From positions 1 to 55,909 of IMG/VR virus record IMGVR_UViG_3300042898_004255: 55,909 bases of DNA; one strand, 5' to 3'. Made by a program: the position numbers and the translations under genes. The DNA comes from a virus. Its lineage: Duplodnaviria; Caudoviricetes. The notes under the pieces are model-generated. The model was not told the origin of the DNA and ran no database searches. It worked only from the letters and a program-made list of their open reading frames with translations. Positions 38,897 to 49,279 of this stretch are shown here, piece by piece; within the stretch, counting starts at the first letter, position 1; the number at the start of each line of letters is the position of its first letter.

Positions 38897-40702
38897 ATGG
38901 CAAATAGTAATTCAACAGTATTTCAAAGATTAACCAAAATGTTTGGGTTCTCTGGAGGTGTTAGACCACCAGAAGAACTACCGTCATTTAATTTTTCAAA
39001 GGATGAAATACTAAAAACAAATAGTAGGGAAGAATATGAAAAAGCAATACTACAAGCACAACAAACACAATATATTGCTGATAAATGGACTAAATTAGAA
39101 CAATCCCTTTATAATCAATCAGTATATTATGAACCGAATAGATTGTCAGCATATTACGATTATGAAAGTATGGAATTTACTCCTGAAATATCAGCAGCGT
39201 TAGATATATACGCTGAAGAGTCAACGACACTTTCAGAAAAAGGTGATATATTAACAATTTTTTCTGAATCTTCTAGAGTTAAATCAATTTTAGAAGATTT
39301 ATTTATTAATAGACTCGATTTAAATACTAATTTACAAATGTGGGCTAGAGGTGTTTGTAAATATGGTGATGATTTTGTGTACCTAAAAATAGATCCAGAA
39401 AAAGGAATTATAGGTTGTCAACAATTACCTAATATTGAGATAGAAAGGATTGAAGGAAAAGAATCAAAAACACAAAACGTAAAACCAGATAACACCCCTT
39501 CTAGAGAATTAAGATTTCAATGGAATAATAAAGATTTAGAATTTCAATCTTGGGAGATTGCTCATTTTAGATTATTGGGTGATGACAGAAAACTTCCATA
39601 TGGAACTAGTATGTTAGATAAAATAAGAAGAATTTGGAAACAATTACTATTAGCTGAAGATGCTATGTTAATTTATAGAACAACGAGAGCACCAGAAAGA
39701 AGAGTTTTCAAAGTTTTTGTCGGTAACATGGACGATAAAGACATTGAATCTTATGTTCAACGTGTTGCAAATAAATTTAAACGTGACCAAGTTGTCGATT
39801 CAAGGAATGGTCAAGTAGATATGAGATACAATCAAATGGCAGTAGACCAAGATTATTTCATCCCAATTAGGGACCCTACTCAAACTAACCCAATCGAAAC
39901 ATTACCTGGTGCACAAAATTTAGGTGAAATTGCGGATATTGAATATATTCAAAAGAAAATGTTAGCAGCACTTCGTATTCCAAAAGCATTTTTAGGATTT
40001 GAAGAAGTTGTCGGTGATGGAAAACAATTGGCATTAATGGATATTCGTTTTGCCAGAACAATAAATAGAATTCAAAAATCATTAGTTCAAGAATTAAATA
40101 AAATTGCTTTAATGCATTTATATCTTCTTGGTATGGAAGATGAATTAGATAATTTTTCACTTTCCTTAACTAATCCATCTGCACAATCTGATTTATTAAG
40201 AATAGAACAATGGAAAGAAAAAATATTACTTTACAAGGACGCAACTGCGGATAACTCACAAGTAGGTATTTTACCTGTTTCACATACATGGGCTAAGAAA
40301 AATATTTTAGGTATGAGTGATAGTGAAGTTTTACTTGATTTACAACAACAGAGACTTGAAAGAGCGATGGGATTTGAATTAACTAATACTCAAAACGTAA
40401 TTAAACGTTCAGGTATTTTTGATGATGTGGATTCTAAATATGGTATTCCTGAAGAAGAAAGAGAAAAAGCGGAAAACTCACAATCTGGTGATGCTGGTAT
40501 GGATATGGGTATGGGTGGAGGATCACCACCGCCACCACCTGGAGGTGGGGAGGCACCATTAAGTGAATCAACGAAAAAAAGAAATATATTGAGTATGTTA
40601 GGAGAAGGTGATGTTTTAAATGATTTATTTGATATAAATAAAGCACAAAAAAATATTCATGAAATAGAAAATAAATTAAAAAATATGTTAAATGAAGAAT
40701 AA
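38897..40702 (+). CDS. Portal protein (T4 gp20-like)
   Basis: PEISAALD, YGTSML, EDAMLIYR..RAPERRVF, IETLPG.QNL..I.D..Y. Confidence 0.95.
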   Translation: MANSNSTVFQRLTKMFGFSGGVRPPEELPSFNFSKDEILKTNSREEYEKAILQAQQTQYIADKWTKLEQSLYNQSVYYEPNRLSAYYDYESMEFTPEISAALDIYAEESTTLSEKGDILTIFSESSRVKSILEDLFINRLDLNTNLQMWARGVCKYGDDFVYLKIDPEKGIIGCQQLPNIEIERIEGKESKTQNVKPDNTPSRELRFQWNNKDLEFQSWEIAHFRLLGDDRKLPYGTSMLDKIRRIWKQLLLAEDAMLIYRTTRAPERRVFKVFVGNMDDKDIESYVQRVANKFKRDQVVDSRNGQVDMRYNQMAVDQDYFIPIRDPTQTNPIETLPGAQNLGEIADIEYIQKKMLAALRIPKAFLGFEEVVGDGKQLALMDIRFARTINRIQKSLVQELNKIALMHLYLLGMEDELDNFSLSLTNPSAQSDLLRIEQWKEKILLYKDATADNSQVGILPVSHTWAKKNILGMSDSEVLLDLQQQRLERAMGFELTNTQNVIKRSGIFDDVDSKYGIPEEEREKAENSQSGDAGMDMGMGGGSPPPPPGGGEAPLSESTKKRNILSMLGEGDVLNDLFDINKAQKNIHEIENKLKNMLNEE

Positions 40703-40703
40703 T

Positions 40704-41444
40704 ATGTCAAAATTTGGTGAACTAAAAACAAAGTTGTTAATTAAATTAACAGAATCTTATAATTCAGGAAATAAAAAAGAATTAAAAGATTTAATTAAAA
40801 AACTAAAGTCTAATAATAATTTAGTTGAAGTCTATAGATTTTATGAAGATATGGAAAAAACATATATTCAAAATAAAGAAACTGCTAAAGTGTTTGTAGA
40901 AACATTAGAACCTCATTTTATTGAAAAAATAAAATCTATAGATTCGGAATGTAAAAAATTTAGTAAAGTATTAAAAGATGTAGTTGTAGAAAACAATGAA
41001 TTATATGAATGTTTAGATGTACTTTCAGAAGAAAACACTATACACAATATAGTTAAGAAAATTGAATATAAAGAAAAATTTATTAATTTTTTAACAACAA
41101 AAAAAGAAATTAATGACAATAAAGAACCTGATTTAAAAATTGAAAATCATTCATTATTAAATAATATTTTAGTTAATAACTTTAATATAAAGTATATCGA
41201 TTTTCTTAATGAAGAACAGAAAGAGACATTTAAAAATATCATTTCTATGACAAACGAAAGTTTAAGTAATGAAATGACCACATTAAAGATGGAATTAAAT
41301 AAAAAAATTGAGAATTTATTAAATGAATCATCTGAAAGTTCTTTGGTAGAAAAACTTAATGATGTTAGAAAACAAGTTAATGAATCTGAAGTGTCGAAGT
41401 ATAATTATTATAAATTATCGGAATTGAAAAATGGATTAATTTAA
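40704..41444 (+). CDS. Hypothetical helical protein in head module
   Basis: MSKFGELK start; located between portal and protease. Confidence 0.65.
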   Translation: MSKFGELKTKLLIKLTESYNSGNKKELKDLIKKLKSNNNLVEVYRFYEDMEKTYIQNKETAKVFVETLEPHFIEKIKSIDSECKKFSKVLKDVVVENNELYECLDVLSEENTIHNIVKKIEYKEKFINFLTTKKEINDNKEPDLKIENHSLLNNILVNNFNIKYIDFLNEEQKETFKNIISMTNESLSNEMTTLKMELNKKIENLLNESSESSLVEKLNDVRKQVNESEVSKYNYYKLSELKNGLI

Positions 41445-41465
41445 CTTTTTAACCACATAATATTT

Positions 41466-41500
41466 AAAACCCTGAATTACATTTAATTCGGGGTTTTTTT
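41466..41500 (+). terminator. Intrinsic terminator
   Basis: aaaaccctgaatta/taattcgggtttt hairpin + T-run. Confidence 0.7.
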
Positions 41501-41580
41501 ATTTATTAAATTTGGTTTTTTTAGATTTATTATGTATATTTTACATACACCATAAAATAATTTTAATGCGCATATTTTAA

Positions 41581-42006
41581 ATGAAAAAAGGAAAATTTAT
41601 TAAACTCGGAACACACAATAATGTAAAAATAGGATATGGTACTACCGACTATAGAAACTTAAAAACAATCTATATCCAATTAAACTCTTGGACCCAACCT
41701 AAAGAAGATAACTATGATTATCTAAAAATAATTTCAAAAGTAAATAAATTATTAAAACAACACATATATAATTTAAATAATGTTTATTTCAAAAAAGAAT
41801 CTATTGTTGATTTGGACATAAAAACAAGTAGTATTAAAACAAATAAAAAGTCTTTTATGGATTTAGAAATAACACTATATATTGAAAAAAAAATAGACAT
41901 AAAATCAAAAGAAATAAAAAAAATAATTAATGATTTATCTGTTTTTATCGTAGATAATATTTTAACAGACGAAATACTTTTTAATTTCTATACGAAGAAG
42001 AATTAA
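41581..42006 (+). CDS. Hypothetical protein
   Basis: 141 aa; preceded by TTTG-N20-TATATTTT (41511-41542). Confidence 0.65.
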   Translation: MKKGKFIKLGTHNNVKIGYGTTDYRNLKTIYIQLNSWTQPKEDNYDYLKIISKVNKLLKQHIYNLNNVYFKKESIVDLDIKTSSIKTNKKSFMDLEITLYIEKKIDIKSKEIKKIINDLSVFIVDNILTDEILFNFYTKKN

Positions 42007-42076
42007 TTCACTTTTTAAGGTATTTATTAATATGTAGTTATATTGTTTAACAATATAATTTAATATTAATTAATAT

Positions 42077-42763
42077 ATGGAAAAAGAACAGTTATTTAAA
42101 AACGGTAAAATACTTTTAATTGAATATGACGCTGGTCATATCTCACCTAAAGAGAATAAAAAAATAATATCAGAAATGAATGAAACTAATTTTTCTGAAG
42201 ATATTATTTTACACGCCGTTTTACAAAAATTTGATACCCCGAACAAGAATGGTAGAATTTATCCTGAAAGTTTATTAAAAAGAGAAAACGAAAAATATCA
42301 AAGTATAATAAAAAAAGGAGGGGCATTAAATGAATTAAATCACCCGTCGTCCAGTTTAATAGATTTAGATAGAGTTTCACATTCCATAATTGAGACATGG
42401 TGGGATGGTAAAATTCTTTTGGGTAAGATAAAATTATTTACATCTCCGGGTTGGAAAAAAATGGGGATAGTAAGCACTAAGGGAGATCAAGCAGCGATGT
42501 TATTAATGAATGGTGCTACTTTAGGTATTTCATCAAGAGGTGTAGGTTCTTTAAAAAATATAAAAGGACAAAATATTGTACAAGATGATTACGAATTAGT
42601 TTGTTACGATTTAGTTTCATCACCATCAACACCAGGTGCGTATATTTTTAAAAATTTAGAAGATAGAGATAATTACGAAGAATCAATTCAAGAAGTACCA
42701 AAATCAATGGATAGAATGAAAAATTTAATGGGTAACTTAAATAATTTTTTACAAAAAAAATAA
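42077..42763 (+). CDS. Prohead protease (T4 gp21-like)
   Basis: NKNGRIYP, ELNHP, VSH, LGISSRGVGS, DLVSSPSTPGA. Confidence 0.95.
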   Translation: MEKEQLFKNGKILLIEYDAGHISPKENKKIISEMNETNFSEDIILHAVLQKFDTPNKNGRIYPESLLKRENEKYQSIIKKGGALNELNHPSSSLIDLDRVSHSIIETWWDGKILLGKIKLFTSPGWKKMGIVSTKGDQAAMLLMNGATLGISSRGVGSLKNIKGQNIVQDDYELVCYDLVSSPSTPGAYIFKNLEDRDNYEESIQEVPKSMDRMKNLMGNLNNFLQKK

Positions 42764-42814
42764 AATTATTTTAGTTTAAATCATTAAAAACAGTGTTTTT
42801 TTATAAAAACATAA

Positions 42815-42822
42815 TATTTATA
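42815..42822 (+). promoter_or_regulatory. Putative phage late promoter TATTTATA (representative copy)
   Basis: Same motif, in gene orientation, a short distance upstream of starts at 4608, 5564, 8124, 11332, 13852, 19010, 28375, 31756, 33024, 38886 (+) and 2347, 8061, 9569, 25041, 28038, 55856 (-). Confidence 0.6.
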
Positions 42823-42840
42823 TAAAAAATAAATTTTCTA

Positions 42841-44142
42841 ATGAATGAAAAATCAATTTTAGAACAAGCATTACTTCAAGTGCAAACGCTTGAAGAGGCA
42901 GTAAAAACAAATGCAAAAGGTATACTTGCTTCAACAATGAAACAAGAAATAAATGATTTGTTAAAAGAAGAAGAAGAGGAAGAAGTTGTTTCAAAACAAT
43001 CTAAACCTAAAAAAGGTGGGAAAGATGTTACATCAAATTTTGATGAAGATGAAGAAACCGATGATGATGAAGAAATCGAAGACGAAGATTCAGAAGACGA
43101 TGAAGAAATCGAAGATGAAGATTTAGAAGACGATGACGAAATCGAAGATGAAGAAATGGATGATGAAGATTCAGAAATGGGTTTTAATCCAGATAATGAA
43201 ATGGGTTTTAATCCAGATGATGAAGATTCAGAAATGGGTGGTTCAAATCCATTTATGGGTGGTCAAGGTTCCGATATGGGTAATGACGAAGTTTTCAACG
43301 CAACTGAAGCATCATCAGAAGAAGTTTTAAGAATTTTTAAAGCAATGGGACCAGAAGATGGTTTTATTGTGAAAAAAGAAGGAAACACAGTAGAATTTAA
43401 AGATGGTGATAATGAATACATCATTAAATTAAACGAAAATGAAGACTCTATGTACGATGATATGTACGAAGATGATGACGATGTATACGAAGGAGATGAC
43501 GAAAAATATGACGACATGTACGAAAAAGAAGACGACATGTACGAAGATGATGACGACATGTACGGAGAAAATGAAGACGATGTTGTCTATGAAATAGATC
43601 TTGACGGTAGTGATGAATATGGTGACGAAGAAGGTGATGTTCAAAAACTTGACGCCACTGAAGCAGCTAGAACTAAATGGAACGCACACGGCGATAAAGG
43701 AGGAAGTAATAGATTAGGTATTAAAGGTAAAAAAATATTCGCAGCAGGTGCGATTAATGAGGAAATGAACAAATTGAAAAAACAAAATTCAGAGTACAGA
43801 AAAGCCTTAGTATTATTTAAAGAAAAACTCAATGAAGTTGCGGTGTTTAACGCAAATTTAGCTTATTCAACACGTTTATTCACTGAACATTCAACCACAA
43901 AAAAAGAAAAAATAAACATTTTAAAAAGATTTGATTCAGTTTCAACATTGAAAGAATCAAAAAATCTTTACAGTATTATTAAAACAGATTTAGAAAATAA
44001 AAAACCTATTTCTGAATCAGTTGTAAATAGACTTAATTCGACACCAAGTACTTCTTCTTCAACACAGGTTCTTTCAGAGTCAAAAGCTTATGAAAATCCT
44101 CAGTTTAGAAGAATGAAAGATTTGATGTCAAAAATAAAATAA
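42841..44142 (+). CDS. Prohead core / scaffold protein
   Basis: Very acidic repeat-rich centre and coiled-coil C-terminus; located between protease and MCP; many LxE sites. Confidence 0.8.
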   Translation: MNEKSILEQALLQVQTLEEAVKTNAKGILASTMKQEINDLLKEEEEEEVVSKQSKPKKGGKDVTSNFDEDEETDDDEEIEDEDSEDDEEIEDEDLEDDDEIEDEEMDDEDSEMGFNPDNEMGFNPDDEDSEMGGSNPFMGGQGSDMGNDEVFNATEASSEEVLRIFKAMGPEDGFIVKKEGNTVEFKDGDNEYIIKLNENEDSMYDDMYEDDDDVYEGDDEKYDDMYEKEDDMYEDDDDMYGENEDDVVYEIDLDGSDEYGDEEGDVQKLDATEAARTKWNAHGDKGGSNRLGIKGKKIFAAGAINEEMNKLKKQNSEYRKALVLFKEKLNEVAVFNANLAYSTRLFTEHSTTKKEKINILKRFDSVSTLKESKNLYSIIKTDLENKKPISESVVNRLNSTPSTSSSTQVLSESKAYENPQFRRMKDLMSKIK

Positions 44143-44163
44143 ATTAAAACAAAATAAAAAAAA

Positions 44164-45882
44164 ATGGGAGCATTATTAGAATCAGGTATTGTTGGTAACA
44201 TTGGATTAAAACACCTACGTGTTATCAAAGAAGATACCATTAAAAAATGGAATGACTTAGGATTTTTAGAAGGTCTTGATGGTCATCAAAAAGATAACGT
44301 AGCACAGTTGTACGAAAATCAAGCGTCGTATTTAATTAACGAAGCTGCGGTTTCTGACGCAAGTGGTTCATTCGAAACAGTTGTATTCCCTATCATTCGT
44401 AGGGTATTTTCTAAATTATTGGCTAACGATATCGTTTCCGTACAAGCAATGAATTTACCAATTGGTAAATTATTCTTCTTTGTACCTAAAATTCAAGATT
44501 CAAAATCCGCACCTTTTGGTTATCCAAATGATTCGGATACCGATCCAGGTGCAGGTTATACATCAACTAGAAGTCTTTATGATCGTTTCTACGAAGAAAG
44601 TGATGAAGCTGACCAAGGTCTTTTTGATTATTCAAAAGGTGCTGAAACAATTGTTCCAATTCTTCCTCATGGGTTTGTTACTTTTAATGACGGTGTACCT
44701 ACAGTAACAACCGCACCATTAAGTGGTTCTTCACTTTCTAATATTATTGTAGTTTACAGTGGATTTTCAACAGATGGTCAAGGTAAATTAATTGGTGCTA
44801 ATGGTAGTGTTATGGATACTGATGAATTTTTATCAGCATTAACTGTAACAATTACTGGTAACACACCAACTAACGGCGTTAAAAACTTTAATGTTGTTAC
44901 ACAAAAATACGGTAAAGGTCTTATTGAATATGGTGCGAAAGTTGGTACCAATTTAAATAAATTTTCTAGTGTTTGTGACCAAGAAGGAAAAATTTATTTA
45001 AGTGTTGATTTGGAAACATATAGTCCAACATCAGGTTTTTCACCTGCTGATTTAAGTTCAAATGATTTAGCACTAGCTAATCTTTATACAACATACAAAA
45101 CATATGCGTCTCTTGAATTTGAAGAAGAAATTGGTGAAGTTTCTTTCGATCTTCAATCTGTAACTGTATCAGTTACTGAAAGAAAATTAAGAGCAAGCTG
45201 GTCTCCTGAACTTGCACAAGACGTTTCTGCGTTTCATAATATTGATGCTGAAGCTGAATTAACGGCTTTATTATCTGAACAAATTGCAGCAGAAATTGAC
45301 CGTGAAATTCTTCGTGATATCCGTAAAGGTGCTGCTTGGAGAAGTAAGTGGGATTACAACGAATGGAGATATGGTGCAAGTGGAAACACTCCTTTCTTGG
45401 GTTATACCCAAAAAGATTGGAATCAAACATTGGTTACTAAAATTAACCAAATTTCCGCACAAATCCATAAAACAACTCTTCGTGGTGGTGCTAACTGGAT
45501 TGTAGTATCTTCTGAAGTTTCTGCAGTATTTGATGATTTGGAATACTTCCACGTATCAAACGCACATCCTGAGCAAGACCAATACAACATGGGAATTGAA
45601 AAAATTGGTTCACTTTCTGGTCGTTACCAAGTATTCCGTGACCCATATTTACCAGCAGGAAAAATTATGATTGGTCATAAAGGAAAATCATTGTTAGACG
45701 CGGGTTATATTTACGCACCATATGTGCCTTTACAATTAACTCCAACAATGTACAATCCATTTAACTTTACACCAATTAAAGGTATCATGACACGTTACGC
45801 TAAGAAAATGGTTAATAACCGTTACTATGGTGTGATTGACGTACATGGTTTAACCACATTTGGTATTGATACATTAAGATAA
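44164..45882 (+). CDS. Major capsid protein (T4 gp23-like)
   Basis: FPIIRRV...VSVQAM..P.G, RKLRASWSPELAQD, EIDREI, YAPYVPL, P.KGIMTRYA; predicted cleavage LINE60|A. Confidence 0.96.
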   Translation: MGALLESGIVGNIGLKHLRVIKEDTIKKWNDLGFLEGLDGHQKDNVAQLYENQASYLINEAAVSDASGSFETVVFPIIRRVFSKLLANDIVSVQAMNLPIGKLFFFVPKIQDSKSAPFGYPNDSDTDPGAGYTSTRSLYDRFYEESDEADQGLFDYSKGAETIVPILPHGFVTFNDGVPTVTTAPLSGSSLSNIIVVYSGFSTDGQGKLIGANGSVMDTDEFLSALTVTITGNTPTNGVKNFNVVTQKYGKGLIEYGAKVGTNLNKFSSVCDQEGKIYLSVDLETYSPTSGFSPADLSSNDLALANLYTTYKTYASLEFEEEIGEVSFDLQSVTVSVTERKLRASWSPELAQDVSAFHNIDAEAELTALLSEQIAAEIDREILRDIRKGAAWRSKWDYNEWRYGASGNTPFLGYTQKDWNQTLVTKINQISAQIHKTTLRGGANWIVVSSEVSAVFDDLEYFHVSNAHPEQDQYNMGIEKIGSLSGRYQVFRDPYLPAGKIMIGHKGKSLLDAGYIYAPYVPLQLTPTMYNPFNFTPIKGIMTRYAKKMVNNRYYGVIDVHGLTTFGIDTLR

Positions 45883-45901
45883 TCTTAATTACTGAATATA
45901 G

Positions 45902-45933
45902 AAAAAACCCCCGCAGAAATGTGGGGGTTTTTT
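45902..45933 (+). terminator. Intrinsic terminator after MCP
   Basis: ccccgca/tgtgggg stem + T-run. Confidence 0.85.
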
Positions 45934-45964
45934 ATTTGTAAAAATATACGTATATTTGTATATT

Positions 45965-46309
45965 ATGAGTAAAAATAAAATACCGTTAGAAGAAAATATT
46001 GATGGGTCTACAGATTATAGTAAATTACGTTTAGACCATTTAAAAGAATTAATTGCAGAGAGAAATATTGATTGTAAACAAACCAAAGAAGAAATTGTTA
46101 AACATCTTAAACTTGATGATGAAGGGATCTTTATAAGACCTGTCACTTATGAAAAAATAAATGATGATAAGTTTATTATAGGTATATCATTAAATGACAC
46201 AAAAAGTTTTATTGAGATTGGTAAATTTGTTGAAAAAGGAATTGCGAAGAACATGGGAGTTTTTTATGGGAGTAGGGTACATTACATATCAAAACAAAAA
46301 TTAGTATGA
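45965..46309 (+). CDS. SAP/HeH-like domain protein
   Basis: DYSKLRLDHLKELIAERNI...TKEEIVKHL; TATATTTG at 45951. Confidence 0.55.
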   Translation: MSKNKIPLEENIDGSTDYSKLRLDHLKELIAERNIDCKQTKEEIVKHLKLDDEGIFIRPVTYEKINDDKFIIGISLNDTKSFIEIGKFVEKGIAKNMGVFYGSRVHYISKQKLV

Positions 46310-46746
46310 ATTGGAATGAATATTTTTTAAATATTGCGGAACAAATAAAATTAAAGTCAAAAGACGAATCAACACAAATAGGTGCGGTAATTGTTGGTAA
46401 AGATAATGAGATCCTTTCTACGGGTTATAATTCTTTTCCAAGAGGTTTAGATGATTCAAAAAAAGAAAGACAAGAGAGACCTGAAAAGTATTTTTGGATC
46501 GAACACGCAGAAAGAAATTCTATTTATAATGCAGCTAGAATTGGTGTTTCATTAAAAAACTCAACGATTTATTTAACATCTGGAGTACCATGTATGGACT
46601 GTGCTCGAGCTATTGTAAATGTGGGAATACAAGTTGTTTGGTGTAAAAAAGAGTGTACAACAAAGAATAAAGAGAAATGGGAAGAATCTCAAGAAAAAAG
46701 TATAAAATTATTTAATGAATGTAATGTGATGGTATATTTTTATTAA
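46306..46746 (+). CDS. dCMP deaminase
   Basis: SKD..TQIGAVIV, TGYN, HAERN, PCMDC. Confidence 0.92.
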   Translation: MNWNEYFLNIAEQIKLKSKDESTQIGAVIVGKDNEILSTGYNSFPRGLDDSKKERQERPEKYFWIEHAERNSIYNAARIGVSLKNSTIYLTSGVPCMDCARAIVNVGIQVVWCKKECTTKNKEKWEESQEKSIKLFNECNVMVYFY

Positions 46747-46752
46747 ATAATT

Positions 46753-47541
46753 TCATCTCATTATTTCTTTTATCCTTCTTATTTCATGTAACATTTCTTG
46801 ATAATTATCTGGTATTGGTTCAATATAACTAACTCCATCTTTTTCAAAGTTATAATCTCTTATTGTTCTATTTATTAATTTATAATCAACACCATTTTGT
46901 AATAATAATTTTTTTATTAATTCTTTATTTTCTGTAATAATAAATAAATATTTCATATTATATACAGTAAAATAACTTTTATCTATTGTTTTAATAATTT
47001 TTATTGCAATATTATTTTCATTTTGTGAATGTCTAAGAAAAAAAATTATTTTATCACTATTCATGTATTCCATTTTTTCGTTATTTTCGATAATTTTTTT
47101 TATAATATTATCTTTAATATCTGATTCATGAAAATCACTAACTAAAATAGAAATCACGTTATCATCTATTTCATTTAATGTTTCAATAATTTTTGTTGCA
47201 ATAAGGTATTTATCTTTTGAATATTTAAATAATTTATTTGTATATTTATAATCCAATTCTTCACCTTTTGTTTCAATAATTTTTGTTGCAATAATGTCCG
47301 TATTTTCTGAATAATAAAGTAAATATTCTACATCATTATAATCCAATTCATCACCTTTTTTTTCAATATATTTAATTTTCTCATCGTCAGTTAAATATTT
47401 AAATTCCCAACCAAAATATCCAACAACACCTCTCATTCTAATATAAGATTTTTGCAATGATTGAGATAACTGTTTATATTGTTTCTCAGGAATTTGTGAT
47501 CCAGTGTTCACATATCTACTTAATACTTCAGAATATTTCAT
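46753..47541 (-). CDS. Variable helical-repeat protein, array member 6 (4 internal repeats)
   Basis: Constant N-module MKYSEVL.RYVNTG...RMRGVVGY..WEFKYL and C-module LLQNGVDY...IPDNYQEML.EIRRIKEIMR. Confidence 0.85.
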   Translation of the reverse strand: MKYSEVLSRYVNTGSQIPEKQYKQLSQSLQKSYIRMRGVVGYFGWEFKYLTDDEKIKYIEKKGDELDYNDVEYLLYYSENTDIIATKIIETKGEELDYKYTNKLFKYSKDKYLIATKIIETLNEIDDNVISILVSDFHESDIKDNIIKKIIENNEKMEYMNSDKIIFFLRHSQNENNIAIKIIKTIDKSYFTVYNMKYLFIITENKELIKKLLLQNGVDYKLINRTIRDYNFEKDGVSYIEPIPDNYQEMLHEIRRIKEIMR

Positions 47542-48299
47542 CCCATTATTTCTTTTATTCTTTTTATTTCGTTTAACATTGACTGGTAGTTATCAGGTAT
47601 TAACTTGATATTTGAAAAATATTTATTAATAACATCGTTTATTAATTTATAATTAATTCCATTTTGTAATAATAATTTCTTAATTAATTCTTTATCTTTT
47701 GAATATTGAAGTAAATTATGTATATCATCACTTTGTATTTTTTTACCTTTTGTATCAATAATTTTTATTGCAATATCATCTGTATTTTGAGTATATTGAT
47801 AAAGTAAAAAATATATATCATCACTATGTAATGTTTCACCTTTTGTATCAATAATTTTTGTTGCTATAAAATTTTCATTTTGTGAATATTTAAGTAAATG
47901 TAATATTTCATAACTACCCAATTCTTTACCTTTTGTTTCAATAATTTTTGTTGCGATAAGGTCTTTATCATTTTTTGAAATATTCATTAAACCTAATATA
48001 TCATAACTTTCCAATTCTTTACCTTTTGTTTCAATAATTTTTGTTGCGATAAGGTCTTTATTTTCTGAATATTTAAGTAAATTTTCTACATCATTACTTT
48101 TTAATTGTTTACCTTTATTTTCAATAATTTTAATTCTTTTATCATCGGTTAAATATTTAAATTCCCAATCTTTATATCCAACAACACCTCTCATTCTCAT
48201 ATAAGATTTCTGTAATGATACTGACAACCGTTCATATTGTTTCTCAGGAATTTGTAATCCAGTGTTCACATATCTATTTAATACTTCAGAATGTTTCAT
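47538..48299 (-). CDS. Variable helical-repeat protein, array member 5 (4 internal repeats)
   Basis: Same modules; NKDLIATKIIETKGKEL repeats. Confidence 0.85.
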   Translation of the reverse strand: MKHSEVLNRYVNTGLQIPEKQYERLSVSLQKSYMRMRGVVGYKDWEFKYLTDDKRIKIIENKGKQLKSNDVENLLKYSENKDLIATKIIETKGKELESYDILGLMNISKNDKDLIATKIIETKGKELGSYEILHLLKYSQNENFIATKIIDTKGETLHSDDIYFLLYQYTQNTDDIAIKIIDTKGKKIQSDDIHNLLQYSKDKELIKKLLLQNGINYKLINDVINKYFSNIKLIPDNYQSMLNEIKRIKEIMG

Positions 48300-49279
48300 C
48301 TCATTATTTCTTTTATCCTTCTTATTTCATTTAACATTTCTTGGTAGTTATCAGGTATTAATGGGATAGGTAAATCATTTTCAATTATTACATTATTTAT
48401 TAATTTATAATCAACACCATTTTGTAATAATGTTTTCTTTATTAATTCTTTATCATTTGAAATTGATAATAAAAAAACAATTGGTTCATAATTTAATTTT
48501 TTACCTTTTGTTTCAATAATTTTTGTTAAAATAAGGTCTCTTTCATTTTTAAGAGTTATAGCTTCTATAAGTAATTCGAGTATATCTTCATCGGTTAATT
48601 CTTCACCTCTTATCTCAATAATTTTTATTATGATATCATATTTTTTTCTTGAAAAAAGAAGTAAATAAAGTTTCTCGTCTTTAGTTAATTCTCCACTTTT
48701 TACTTTGATAATTTTAGTTATTAAATCATCCATATCTATCAAATCTACATTAACTGGCGCCCTTAAATGGTTTAGAAAAGGAAGAATGATATTAAGATTC
48801 AATTTATCACCTATTATTTCAATAATTTTTGTCGCAATATCATTTTTATTACTTGAATATTGAAGTAGTAGAGTTATATTATCAAAATTTAAATGTATAT
48901 TTTTTACTTCAATTATTTTTTTTATAATATCATCTTTATTAACTGAATAATCTAAAATTTGTTTAATAACATATCCATATAACGAATTTGGATATTCTCT
49001 ACCTATTGTGTCAATAATTTTTGTTGCAATAATATCTATATCATTTGAATATTCAAGTAAATTTTCTACCTCATGATTATTTAACTTATTACCTTTTTTT
49101 TCAATAATTTTAATTCTTTCATCATCGGTTAAATATTTCCATTCCCAATCTTCATATCCAACAACACCTCTCATTCTTTTATAAGATTTCTGTAATGATG
49201 GTGATAAAAGATTATATTGTTCCTCTGGAATTGGTAATCCAGTGTTCACATATCTATTTAATACTTCAGAATATTTCAT
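48296..49279 (-). CDS. Variable helical-repeat protein, array member 4 (6 internal repeats)
   Basis: Same modules. Confidence 0.85.
   Translation of the reverse strand: MKYSEVLNRYVNTGLPIPEEQYNLLSPSLQKSYKRMRGVVGYEDWEWKYLTDDERIKIIEKKGNKLNNHEVENLLEYSNDIDIIATKIIDTIGREYPNSLYGYVIKQILDYSVNKDDIIKKIIEVKNIHLNFDNITLLLQYSSNKNDIATKIIEIIGDKLNLNIILPFLNHLRAPVNVDLIDMDDLITKIIKVKSGELTKDEKLYLLLFSRKKYDIIIKIIEIRGEELTDEDILELLIEAITLKNERDLILTKIIETKGKKLNYEPIVFLLSISNDKELIKKTLLQNGVDYKLINNVIIENDLPIPLIPDNYQEMLNEIRRIKEIMR

Noticed and set aside
41444-42077. Phage-encoded ribosomal protein bS21, reported near head genes in some Bacteroidota phages
   Set aside because: No bS21-like ORF seen in the intergenic gaps of the head module in this window.
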